Below, in pieces: positions 9,886 through 18,181 of a stretch of 64,000 nucleotides of DNA (positions within the stretch are counted from its first letter, which is position 1; every line of letters starts with the position of its first letter). Position numbers and translations under genes: made by a program. The stretch is from Candidatus Bathyarchaeota archaeon (GTDB taxonomy: Archaea; Thermoproteota; Bathyarchaeia; Bathyarchaeales; Bathycorpusculaceae). The notes under the pieces were generated by a model that did no database searches, was not told where the DNA came from, and was given only the letters and a program-made list of their open reading frames with translations. The stretch is from assembly GCA_963767735.1 (NCBI GenBank), contig CAVYES010000007.1, forward strand, positions 192,001 through 256,000. The letters are read 5' to 3'.

Positions 9886-11533
9886 TCTTTAACCCTCCGA
9901 AGAATGATCCAAGTGGTCCAATCGCCAAGAACGGGAAGAACGATAACACTACTAGTATGATGATGCTGACAACTAGAACTATAGTAAATAGTAATGTGTC
10001 GGTTTTGAGCCCTGTGCTGGTGCCAGTTCGTTTTCGCCCGATCATGGAGCCTGACAGTGCAAGCAAGATTAGAATTGGACCATAGCGTCCTATTAAAATG
10101 ACTATGGCAGTAGCTATGTTGAAGAACGGTGTATTTCCTTGGGCGCCTAGGAAATCTGAACCGTTGTTCGCTGAGGCTGACGTGAATTCCCATAGGATTT
10201 GAGTGAAACCTATAGAGCTTCCGTTGACGCCAATGGCTGCCGCTGCGCCCGAAGCATACGCTGTTACTGTGGGTATTAGTATGGAAATGGGATGAAGTAG
10301 GAAAGCCACCATGACAAGCAATACGTCATGACCAGTGATCTTGACGCTCAGGTATTCAGGAGTTCTTCCAGACATTAATCCAACGACGAAGACGGTAATT
10401 AAGACGAACATTACCATGTACATCATTCCAACTCCTTTCCCACCTGGAATCGACTGAATGAACATCCCCAGGAAACCAGAAGTTATCCCCAGAGGATGAA
10501 TCCCGGAAAGCGAAGCGTTAACGGAGCCAGTTGTGCACATAGTCGTAATCACAGTCCATAAAGTGGAAGAGAAACCGCCGAACCGAGTTTCAATTCCTGG
10601 ACCAATTGCGGGAATAGATGGAATAAACGCTAAAGCTAGAACGCCTCCGCCAAGAATCAAAGTGCCCCCTAAAAGGGGTATGGATTCGCTTTTTTTGCCT
10701 ATCATTTCACCGAAAACAAAGAGCAAAGCTAGCGGAAGCAGCAGCATCAGAATTATCATGATGACGTCAGTGTATTGGGAAGGGTTCATGAAGGGGTAGG
10801 CAGCGTTTGCACCGTAAAAGCCGCCGCCGTTTGTGCCCAATTGCATTATGCCGTCCAGGGAAGCAACAGGTCCAGCTAGAATTGTTTGTGTAGCCCCCTC
10901 TATCGTCTTTAGTGTGGTGTAGCCGGTGAGGGTTTGGGGTACACCCAAAGCAAGAAGTACGATTGAAGCTACAAAGGCGAGGGGCAAGAAAATTCTTGTA
11001 ATGGATCTGGTGAAGTCAACGTAAAAGTTACCCATGTCTTTTGAGCTGGGGATTAATCCTCGGATAAATGCGATCCCTACGCATATTCCTGTGATTGGAG
11101 AGGCAAATTGAAGCCACTGGAGAACGCCTATTTGGCTAAGATAAGAAAAAGCTGCTTCGCCGTTATAATGTTGCAGATCAGTATTTGTCGTGAAAGAGAC
11201 TGCCTGCATGAAAGCAAGGTCTGGATGTATGTCGGGGAAATGCATGGGGTTAAGGGGCAAGCTGCCTTGGAAGACCATGATTAGAAAAGCGACAACAATC
11301 ATGACTACGTTTACCATCAGGGCTGCAAGAAAGTACTGCTTCCACCCCATCGTCTGCTCTGTGTCTACGCCAATGATTTTGTAAATGAAGTTTTCAATTG
11401 GGTTGAATATTTTATCTAAACGGCTTGGTTTTCGATTATAAACTGCGACGAGATATGGCGCTATAAGTTTCGCTAAAACTAATGCTACACCAATAATTAG
11501 AACGACTGCCAGCGCCTGAACTGCATTTGTCAA
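9875..11533 (-). CDS. kdpA: K+-transporting ATPase subunit A
   Basis: Filter motifs TNTDLQHY, LGTNGGG, TTGSVN, SANNGS; GRTPEYL. An SD-preceded GTG at 11567 is one base out of frame and may be the true start if there is a 1-nt error. Confidence 0.96.
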   Translation of the reverse strand: MTNAVQALAVVLIIGVALVLAKLIAPYLVAVYNRKPSRLDKIFNPIENFIYKIIGVDTEQTMGWKQYFLAALMVNVVMIVVAFLIMVFQGSLPLNPMHFPDIHPDLAFMQAVSFTTNTDLQHYNGEAAFSYLSQIGVLQWLQFASPITGICVGIAFIRGLIPSSKDMGNFYVDFTRSITRIFLPLAFVASIVLLALGVPQTLTGYTTLKTIEGATQTILAGPVASLDGIMQLGTNGGGFYGANAAYPFMNPSQYTDVIMIILMLLLPLALLFVFGEMIGKKSESIPLLGGTLILGGGVLALAFIPSIPAIGPGIETRFGGFSSTLWTVITTMCTTGSVNASLSGIHPLGITSGFLGMFIQSIPGGKGVGMMYMVMFVLITVFVVGLMSGRTPEYLSVKITGHDVLLVMVAFLLHPISILIPTVTAYASGAAAAIGVNGSSIGFTQILWEFTSASANNGSDFLGAQGNTPFFNIATAIVILIGRYGPILILLALSGSMIGRKRTGTSTGLKTDTLLFTIVLVVSIIILVVLSFFPFLAIGPLGSFFGGLKNGF

Positions 11534-11590
11534 TTAATCCGAAACTCCAGATAACATTCGTGCTCACTATGGCTCCTTTCCGCTCCTGTT

Positions 11591-11881
11591 CTATTTTGCT
11601 ACCGAAGTATTAATTTTTGCCGCTAAACATTTGGGTCCCTTATGAGGCTGCAAAATTATCGTTACTATAGTGCTCTTTATGCCGTTAATCTTCAGTATTT
11701 TCTTATGCAGGACATCCCTGAACTCTTCAAGGCAAGACGCAGAAACTAAAGATACAATGTCGTATTCTCCGGCTACATCGTAGACTTCTTCGATATTTTT
11801 TAGTTCAGCGAGGGCCGTCAGCACATAATTTTTTTGGGACGGCTCAACGAATATATTAACAGACGCTAACAACCTGTTCAT
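11591..11881 (-). CDS. Stand-alone Lrp/AsnC ligand-binding (RAM) domain protein
   Basis: VYDVAGEYDIV...KILKINGIKSTIVTIIL; close paralog of 6737-7030, sharing the HKGPKC tail. Confidence 0.85.
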   Translation of the reverse strand: MNRLLASVNIFVEPSQKNYVLTALAELKNIEEVYDVAGEYDIVSLVSASCLEEFRDVLHKKILKINGIKSTIVTIILQPHKGPKCLAAKINTSVAK

Positions 11882-11967
11882 AACAAGACTGCCCTCTTAT
11901 CTAAAAGAATGATCTCTACTATCGCTGAGCAAGTTCTTGGCTGGAACATGGTCGTAAAACTCTGCAA
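11878..11967 (-). CDS. Possible 29-aa leader ORF (MQSFTTMFQPRTCSAIVEIILLDKRAVLL)
   Basis: AAGGAG SD before TTG; its stop overlaps the next start as ATGA. Confidence 0.35.
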   Translation of the reverse strand: MQSFTTMFQPRTCSAIVEIILLDKRAVLL

Positions 11968-12008
11968 TTTTTCTTCTCCTTAACTTTCATACTCATAACA
12001 TCTTTTCC

Positions 12009-12037
12009 TAATAAAGCTATTTGTGACTTGTACATAA
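12009..12037 (-). promoter_or_regulatory. Promoter with shared motif, site 2: TTATGTACAAGTCACAA-N5-TTTATTA (RAM-kdpABC operon)
   Basis: Motif 12021-12037, TATA 12009-12015. Confidence 0.75.
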
Positions 12038-12377
12038 TTATTTGGTAAAGCTGAACTAATTTACACCAAAATGTCTAATAATTGAAAACATGAACGCATC
12101 ATAAACGTAAAGTTATGAAAACATGTTGAAACGATAGGTCCTCCAAACCACAAAGTTCCTACGAAATAGAAACGTAGCTGGCCTTAAAACCAGTCAAATA
12201 AATTGATTTTTTTACTAATTTGCTCTTATCAAACAACTTTATGGCTACATGTAAAGATCGATATGCCTCTCCAAGAACGAAAGGCAACAACCATTTGTCG
12301 AAACAAACAGTAATTACCCAGCCAAACGTCTAACTTCAGTTATCACAATTGTACAGCTTTTTTATTTTTCTTAAAAG

Positions 12378-12407
12378 TTATGAACACTTCACAACCACAT
12401 TTATATA
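12378..12407 (+). promoter_or_regulatory. Promoter with shared motif, site 3: TTATGAACACTTCACAA-N5-TTTATATA
   Basis: Motif 12378-12394, TATA 12400-12407; faces the 35-aa peptide. Confidence 0.75.
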
Positions 12408-12458
12408 GGATGAAGCACAACTAAAAATCGTTCAATAAAACTGAAATTTGGTGAAAAA

Positions 12459-12566
12459 ATGTTGGGATTATTGGATATATTCTGGACATGCGTAATATTT
12501 GGGTCAATAGTCACAATAGGCTACCAGCTCCGTTCAGAAATAAAAAATGGCAAACTACCATCATAA
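12459..12566 (+). CDS. Unannotated 35-aa single-TM peptide (MLGLLDIFWTCVIFGSIVTIGYQLRSEIKNGKLPS)
   Basis: GGTGA SD, own promoter, homologous to 6099-6197. Confidence 0.75.
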   Translation: MLGLLDIFWTCVIFGSIVTIGYQLRSEIKNGKLPS

Positions 12567-12887
12567 GTTAATTTCTTGTTCACGCGCAAACATTTCGATT
12601 TTAATAAATATTAGCCAAACTTGGCTACAAAGCAATCATAAAAGCTTTCTAATAAAAGTCGTTTTATTGTCGAAATCTTATATGAAGAACGGATTGGGCA
12701 AGAAAAACCTGGAGAATCCTAGAGCCGTTACCGAGTCTTCCTAAAGAAAATCGATTTGGGCATTTGGAACTATGTTTTTCTCCGCCCATATTTGAATTTT
12801 TCTTTTGGTCAATAAAACAGTCTAATCATAGTCTTTTATCCATAAATTTATCGTTTTTATGGAAATACTTGCAGTTATTCATAATTA

Positions 12888-12916
12888 TTATGAACAAATC
12901 TTAATTAGGTTTATAT
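12888..12916 (+). promoter_or_regulatory. Promoter with shared motif, site 4: TTATGAACAAATCTTAA-N5-TTTATAT (APC permease)
   Basis: Motif 12888-12904, TATA 12910-12916. Confidence 0.75.
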
Positions 12917-12959
12917 TTCGCTAGACCTGATTTATTGACTAATAATTTGGTGTTACTAG

Positions 12960-13097
12960 ATGAAAAAGAGAATGGAATCTCCAAATGTAAAAGAGTCAAG
13001 CAGAAAGCACAAAGCACTAATCGTTAAAAAAGGCAAAAAACTATTTTCCGCTATTATCTGCTTGTCTCTCAGAGGAGGGAAAACATATATCTTCTGA
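12960..13097 (+). CDS. Possible 45-aa Lys-rich leader ORF upstream of the APC permease
   Basis: ATG after GGTG; MKKRMESPNVKESSRKHKALIVKKGKKLFSAIICLSLRGGKTYIF; overlaps the permease SD. Confidence 0.35.
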   Translation: MKKRMESPNVKESSRKHKALIVKKGKKLFSAIICLSLRGGKTYIF

Positions 13098-13128
13098 CGC
13101 AACTGATGCAAAGACTCAAAAAACTCAA

Positions 13129-14688
13129 TTGAAAAAAACCCTCGGCCTCGGCGGCGTAACAATAAACGCCATGGCATTAATAGCCCCAGGGGCTTTCTTG
13201 TGGCTTACTTTTCAGATAAACGCAGCCCAGACCTCGCCGTCTGGCGCTTCAACAGCCAACGACATATTTTTTGGCCTTACAATAGCGTTAATTTTGGCGT
13301 TCCTAACTGCCGCTTCTTATTCGTGGCTAGCCCAACGTTACCCCGATGCTGGTCCAGGCAGTTCGTATTACTTTGCTCAAAGAGCCTTACTAGACAACGG
13401 AGCCAGCAACACTTCAGCCAGAAACGCAAAGTTCGGTATCGGCTGGATTTCTCACCTCTACTATTGGGTCTACCCAGGGGTTATGGTTGCAGCGATGTCC
13501 CTCTTGCTAACATGGATTTTATCAGTACTTGGCTTCAGCATTTCACCCTTAGGAGAAATCGCTATTGCCTGCGCATTTGCAGTGGTTACAGGCGCTATAG
13601 CTTACCGCGGAATTCAAGGATCAACAAAAACAAACCTTCTCCTCAACATAGTTCAAATCGGAATGCTGGTCATAATCACCGGAATGGCCTTGGCATTCCG
13701 TTTTACTAACCCTCAACACGTATCCTTTACATTCACTAGCTTAGGCGGAATAGTCACACCTCACGATATCAGCTTCGTGTTATTTCAAGCGACCATCGCC
13801 ATCTTAGTACTAGTAGGATTCGAATCCGCAACAGCATACACCGGAGAAGCCAAAGATCCAAAGGTTGTTCCAAAGGCAATAATTTTATCTTTGATCATTC
13901 AAGGCGCCTTCGCGTACCTATTTGAATACTTTGGAGCCGAGGCATGGATGAACAACAGCTATACCATAACACAAAACGGCAAGACATTTACGGGATTTGG
14001 CGCCGCAGCAGTTTCGACCGCTCCCATCGGGGATATGGTTCACAACCTGGGAAACGTATTCCTTGGAGGCAACGGATTCACGCTAGAGCTAATAGTGGCT
14101 GCAATTGTGGCAGCTGCAATATTAGGCACTACCCTCGCATGCATGAACACCGGCGTTAGAGTAACTTACGCAATCAGCCGAGACACCGAAGTGCCTTATC
14201 ACCTCAGTAAGCTAAACCCAAAATACTCCACTCCAGCGATTGGCATCTGGGTAATGACAGCCGTTGCAGCCGCTATTGGATCCTTCGGAGTACTAACAAT
14301 CACAAACCTAACATCAATTACATTGCTATCAAACTTTGGCACCTTCCTGCTGTACGGACTAACAAACCTGATAGCGTTAATCGCGTTCACTAAAGAACGC
14401 AGTAACATACTAAAACGCAGAGTAGTTCCAATCGCAGGCTTCGCTGCCAACGCTGTCATGATGGCAACAATCGTGTACCTCAGCTTTGCAGGCGGAGGGG
14501 CTTCAGCATCAGAAGGAATCTTCGCTATAGCCGGCACCGCAATATGGTTGGCAATAGGTTTAATCTATTTCCGCGTCAACTCAAAATCAAAGTCCTCCGG
14601 TTTGTTCCCATTCCCAGGGAAAGACGAGGACGAAATCAAGACTGCAAGCAGTAAATCCAGAGCCTTCAAGTTCTGGAAAAAAAATTAG
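13129..14688 (+). CDS. APC-superfamily permease
   Basis: About 12 TM segments, GFESATAYTGEAKDP, RVTYAISRD, TP motif; start may be an in-frame ATA at 13087 after GGAGG. Confidence 0.9.
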   Translation: MKKTLGLGGVTINAMALIAPGAFLWLTFQINAAQTSPSGASTANDIFFGLTIALILAFLTAASYSWLAQRYPDAGPGSSYYFAQRALLDNGASNTSARNAKFGIGWISHLYYWVYPGVMVAAMSLLLTWILSVLGFSISPLGEIAIACAFAVVTGAIAYRGIQGSTKTNLLLNIVQIGMLVIITGMALAFRFTNPQHVSFTFTSLGGIVTPHDISFVLFQATIAILVLVGFESATAYTGEAKDPKVVPKAIILSLIIQGAFAYLFEYFGAEAWMNNSYTITQNGKTFTGFGAAAVSTAPIGDMVHNLGNVFLGGNGFTLELIVAAIVAAAILGTTLACMNTGVRVTYAISRDTEVPYHLSKLNPKYSTPAIGIWVMTAVAAAIGSFGVLTITNLTSITLLSNFGTFLLYGLTNLIALIAFTKERSNILKRRVVPIAGFAANAVMMATIVYLSFAGGGASASEGIFAIAGTAIWLAIGLIYFRVNSKSKSSGLFPFPGKDEDEIKTASSKSRAFKFWKKN

Positions 14689-14980
14689 CTCCCCTTTTTC
14701 TTTTTTAAGAAAACTATGGAAAATTTAATAAACAGTGTATATTTTAGTTCAAATTCGATTTTTTGCTTTGTAATTTGCTTTCGAACTTGACAATTCAATA
14801 ACGAACATTCTTTTACTTCACATTTAATGCCTCAACCTGCAAATGATTCAAATTCTTCAATCTATATTTCAAAATAACTGAGCAACGGCAACCCTAACCC
14901 CTCAGCCTTTCTAAACATTCTGGGTTTACTGGTGAACTCAGTACGCCTAGTGGACTTTTACATAATTTTTGATACTTTTC

Positions 14981-15045
14981 CAACCGTTTCAAACCATTTC
15001 TAACCATTTTCAACCAATTCCACCCGTTATAAACCGTTTTAAACC
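14981..15045. repeat. Degenerate 10-bp tandem repeat, about 6.5 units (nAACCRTTTY)
   Basis: caaccgtttc aaaccatttc taaccatttt caaccaattc cacccgttat aaaccgtttt aaacc. Confidence 0.7.
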
Positions 15046-15370
15046 TCAACCTGCAAAGATTTTAAGCCCTGAACCAAAAAAGCAACCCAAAAAAAGCTTT
15101 TTTAAAAAAGCACGAAAAAATTGTTTTTACCTATCTTCTACTCAGAACAGTGCCAAGAAAAGAAAAAAACTTTACCGCCACTAATATTTATCTGAAAAGG
15201 GATCGGCTAAATGTACACGATAGGTGAAAGAACGCGGGTAAATTAGAAAGAACTGGGTTTGTTGAAATGGAGCAAAACTAACAATCAAACAACAAGAAAT
15301 AGCTTAGAAAGAACTTAAGCAATTGAAACCACCCAAGTTTGAAAGCGTAAGGTGTACTTTATTTTACTTT

Positions 15371-15481
15371 TCATCTACTTTTCTTCATAACTCTTTTTTG
15401 AAAGATACTGTGCGGTTGACAATGAGAGTCCATTATAATCTGTTCTTCAATGTTCCGTTTAGTTTTTGAAGCTTTTTTCAA
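15371..15481 (-). CDS. Possible 36-aa basic peptide (MKKASKTKRNIEEQIIMDSHCQPHSIFQKRVMKKSR)
   Basis: TTG after GGTG, directly downstream of promoter site 5. Confidence 0.4.
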   Translation of the reverse strand: MKKASKTKRNIEEQIIMDSHCQPHSIFQKRVMKKSR

Positions 15482-15525
15482 TGATGACACCAATTTCGAT
15501 TTTACAAAGTGGTATGTTCAGGGAA

Positions 15526-15554
15526 ATATAAACGTAGTTAATACTTGTTCATAA
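15526..15554 (-). promoter_or_regulatory. Promoter with shared motif, site 5: TTATGAACAAGTATTAA-N5-TTTATAT
   Basis: Motif 15538-15554, TATA 15526-15532. Confidence 0.7.
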
Positions 15555-15655
15555 CTTTTATGAAAAGCTGAATTATTTTGTAATAATAACTTGTTATGAT
15601 GAACAACCAAAAAAGGTCTGGAGACTTGAACCGCATGATCCAAACAATAGATTGG

Positions 15656-16570
15656 CTAAATGGTTCCTATGATTAACCCTATTGTAAAGCTGAGCAGTGG
15701 CACAATCACCCAGCTTAAAGCTATCAGCAGAAACGGCTTAACCGAGACGAACTTGGATTTGTAAGATATTCCTGTTCCAAAAACTGCCGACGCCAAAGCT
15801 TGAGTGTTGGAAAGTGGAATATTTAAAATCGTAGCCGCCTCAACGAGAACCGTTGAAACCACAAGCGTCGCCGTAGCATTTGGGTACCGCATGAGAAAAA
15901 GCTCTTGAGCAACCCTACGAATCTCGCCAGCACTCAAATAGAATGTTCCGATAAATATTGCAGCAATTGCCGCTATGACGTTGGTTATATTGAAACCGCC
16001 CGTGGCAACTATCAACCCGAGGGTATTTGCTCCTAGAACATATGAGGTTGAAAACGCTAAAACAATTATCAGGATTTTGTAGGTTTGTAGTCTTCGCCAA
16101 ATGTTTTCGGTCCAGTTACGATTTATGATTCTGATGAGGTAAAACGCAAAAACTATAGCGATCAAAGGTGCCAAAACCCACATGGCCGCCACCTCAGCAA
16201 TGTAAGCGCTGTTTGTAAGTGCACCAGTTGCAATGGATAAGCCTGCGAGCAAACCGACAAGCGCCATGCTCATAGATGCTGGCACTCTAATTAAGTCGGC
16301 AACAACAAAAATTAATATGGCCACCAGCAAAGCTTCTGCCCGAAACTGCAAAGTCACATTTGGCAGCAGCACATGTATTGTTTTTATCATGCTGACGCCT
16401 TGGGCAACGAGTCCCAGTGAAAATCCTGCAGCGCCCAGCAGCATTCCAAGTCGTTTACTTATGATTCTTGAGCCTACGGCGGGGCCAACACAAGCGGACA
16501 GATTGTTGCCGGCAACTAACATTACCGTGATGAAAGTTAATATCAAAATAGCGATGGAAAGCCAAAGCAT
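15656..16570 (-). CDS. PiT-family inorganic phosphate/anion transporter
   Basis: GNN and GANT signature-like motifs, PLSNTQ, multi-TM; paired with DUF47. Confidence 0.85.
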   Translation of the reverse strand: MLWLSIAILILTFITVMLVAGNNLSACVGPAVGSRIISKRLGMLLGAAGFSLGLVAQGVSMIKTIHVLLPNVTLQFRAEALLVAILIFVVADLIRVPASMSMALVGLLAGLSIATGALTNSAYIAEVAAMWVLAPLIAIVFAFYLIRIINRNWTENIWRRLQTYKILIIVLAFSTSYVLGANTLGLIVATGGFNITNVIAAIAAIFIGTFYLSAGEIRRVAQELFLMRYPNATATLVVSTVLVEAATILNIPLSNTQALASAVFGTGISYKSKFVSVKPFLLIALSWVIVPLLSFTIGLIIGTI

Positions 16571-16576
16571 GCCGCG

Positions 16577-17257
16577 TCACTTAGTAATAGAGGTAACTAC
16601 GGATACGATGAGATCTGAGAGGTCCTCGCAGGAATCAAGTACGTCGTCGCATTTGTGCAAAAGCTCGGAATAATGGAAGAACTGCAAGTAATGCAAGTTC
16701 GGCGTCATGTTGTATAGCCTGTCAAATCCCCCGTTTTTAAAGTCATCGCCCTGTTCTTCCAAGGCTTCAATTTCTTTGCGCAGCTCCAAAATCTCTGAAA
16801 CGTTGGATGAGGAGAGCGCCTGAGTGAGCTTTGAGAGGGATGTTGTCGCGAGTGTAAGGAGGTTCATGTATACAGAGTCCCAACCGGGACGTTTCATTTC
16901 GAAACCCGCAGAGTAAACCTTCGCCATTCGATCTAATTCTCTGCTGAGGTAATAATACAAGTCAACTATGTCGTCAGCAACTTGGACGGATCTAAGCAGG
17001 TCATCTATTATGTTGGGGCTGATGGCGCCGCTTGTAATGTCTTCGCTTATTTTAAAGGCTATATCATCAGATTTTTTCTCAAGCAACTGCATGGCATTCA
17101 TGGTTTCAGTTACCTGTTTTTCGTTGACATCTACATTAAACATGCTTGACACGAGAGTGTTAGCTTCTGAAGCGATAGCTATAATTTGAGTAAGCTCAAC
17201 GAAAATATTTTTTTCTCCAACAACCAAGACACCCCTGAGGCTTTTCAGCATAAACAT
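16577..17257 (-). CDS. DUF47 / PhoU-like Pit accessory protein
   Basis: LEKKSDDI and LEEQGDD repeats, helical; upstream of pit. Confidence 0.85.
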   Translation of the reverse strand: MFMLKSLRGVLVVGEKNIFVELTQIIAIASEANTLVSSMFNVDVNEKQVTETMNAMQLLEKKSDDIAFKISEDITSGAISPNIIDDLLRSVQVADDIVDLYYYLSRELDRMAKVYSAGFEMKRPGWDSVYMNLLTLATTSLSKLTQALSSSNVSEILELRKEIEALEEQGDDFKNGGFDRLYNMTPNLHYLQFFHYSELLHKCDDVLDSCEDLSDLIVSVVTSITK

Positions 17258-17407
17258 CCTCCCAAATTTCAAGTTCAGTAATACTCGGTCAAGCAATATT
17301 AAGTATTTAAAATTTTCAAGTTTGCTTATAGCGACAAGATTAAAGATTGATTAAAGATGAAATGCTAAAAGCAAGGGCTTTGAGAGATTCTGGAAGTTCG
17401 CGTTCAA

Positions 17408-17890
17408 TCAAATAACTTTGCTGTATTCTTTTACGGCGTTCAAAGCAATCAGCGTGGTGGTTCTCTTTATGAAGCGTTCAGTCAGCAGTTTTTTTAAGTA
17501 ACCATTAAGGCTTGCATTGTCTCGGAACTTGGCGAAGACAATTGCATCATACTCTCCGGTTATATCGTAAACGGATAAGACATTGCTTTCTTTTGCAATT
17601 TCATTTTCGACTTCGATAATATGTCCGCCTTCAACCTGAATCATGATAATAGCAGTCAAGGTATAACCCATCTTCGCGGCGTCAACAACGGGCACGTATC
17701 CAAGAATTACGCCTTCACGCTCTAGACTATCAAGGCGATTGTGCAGAACATTTGGGGTTATCCCAACCCTGTAAGCTAGCTTACGCAAACTTACTCGTGA
17801 ATCTTCTTCCAATGCCCGTATGATTTGCAGATCAATGTTGTCCAATTTTATCGTTGGGGTTTCACTCAGTTTTAAGCCCAAAATTCTCAA
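17408..17890 (-). CDS. Full-length Lrp/AsnC transcriptional regulator
   Basis: LDNIDLQIIRALEEDSR HTH, LEREGVILGY, YDITGEYD RAM domain. Confidence 0.93.
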   Translation of the reverse strand: MRILGLKLSETPTIKLDNIDLQIIRALEEDSRVSLRKLAYRVGITPNVLHNRLDSLEREGVILGYVPVVDAAKMGYTLTAIIMIQVEGGHIIEVENEIAKESNVLSVYDITGEYDAIVFAKFRDNASLNGYLKKLLTERFIKRTTTLIALNAVKEYSKVI

Positions 17891-18181
17891 CCCCTAATGT
17901 TTTACTTGACGTTTGTTTAGTAAAACAAGAGATATATAAACATAACCGCATAAAAATTGGAACATTGTAAACAATAGTAAGCCTCGAAACCGCTTGAATA
18001 GACAATCGATACATGGGCAATTTACGAATGTACATTGATTACGAAATCGAGAGGTTTTTGACAAATACATAGCAACCCTAGACGAATCCTTCATTAACCA
18101 AGATTGCATAATGATGTAACGTTTATTTGGATGTACCAATAATTTAAATCCTAACGCTAAGTAGCTGATATATTCATAAAA

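Noticed and set aside
12547-12744. 65-aa ORF downstream of the 35-aa peptide
   Set aside because: No SD or family features; AT-rich, likely chance
14981-15045. Possible CRISPR array
   Set aside because: Units are 10 bp, contiguous, without spacers; no cas genes in the window
14969-15184. 71-aa ORF with FQP repeats
   Set aside because: Product of the 10-bp DNA repeat, whose period is not a multiple of 3, and of A-tracts
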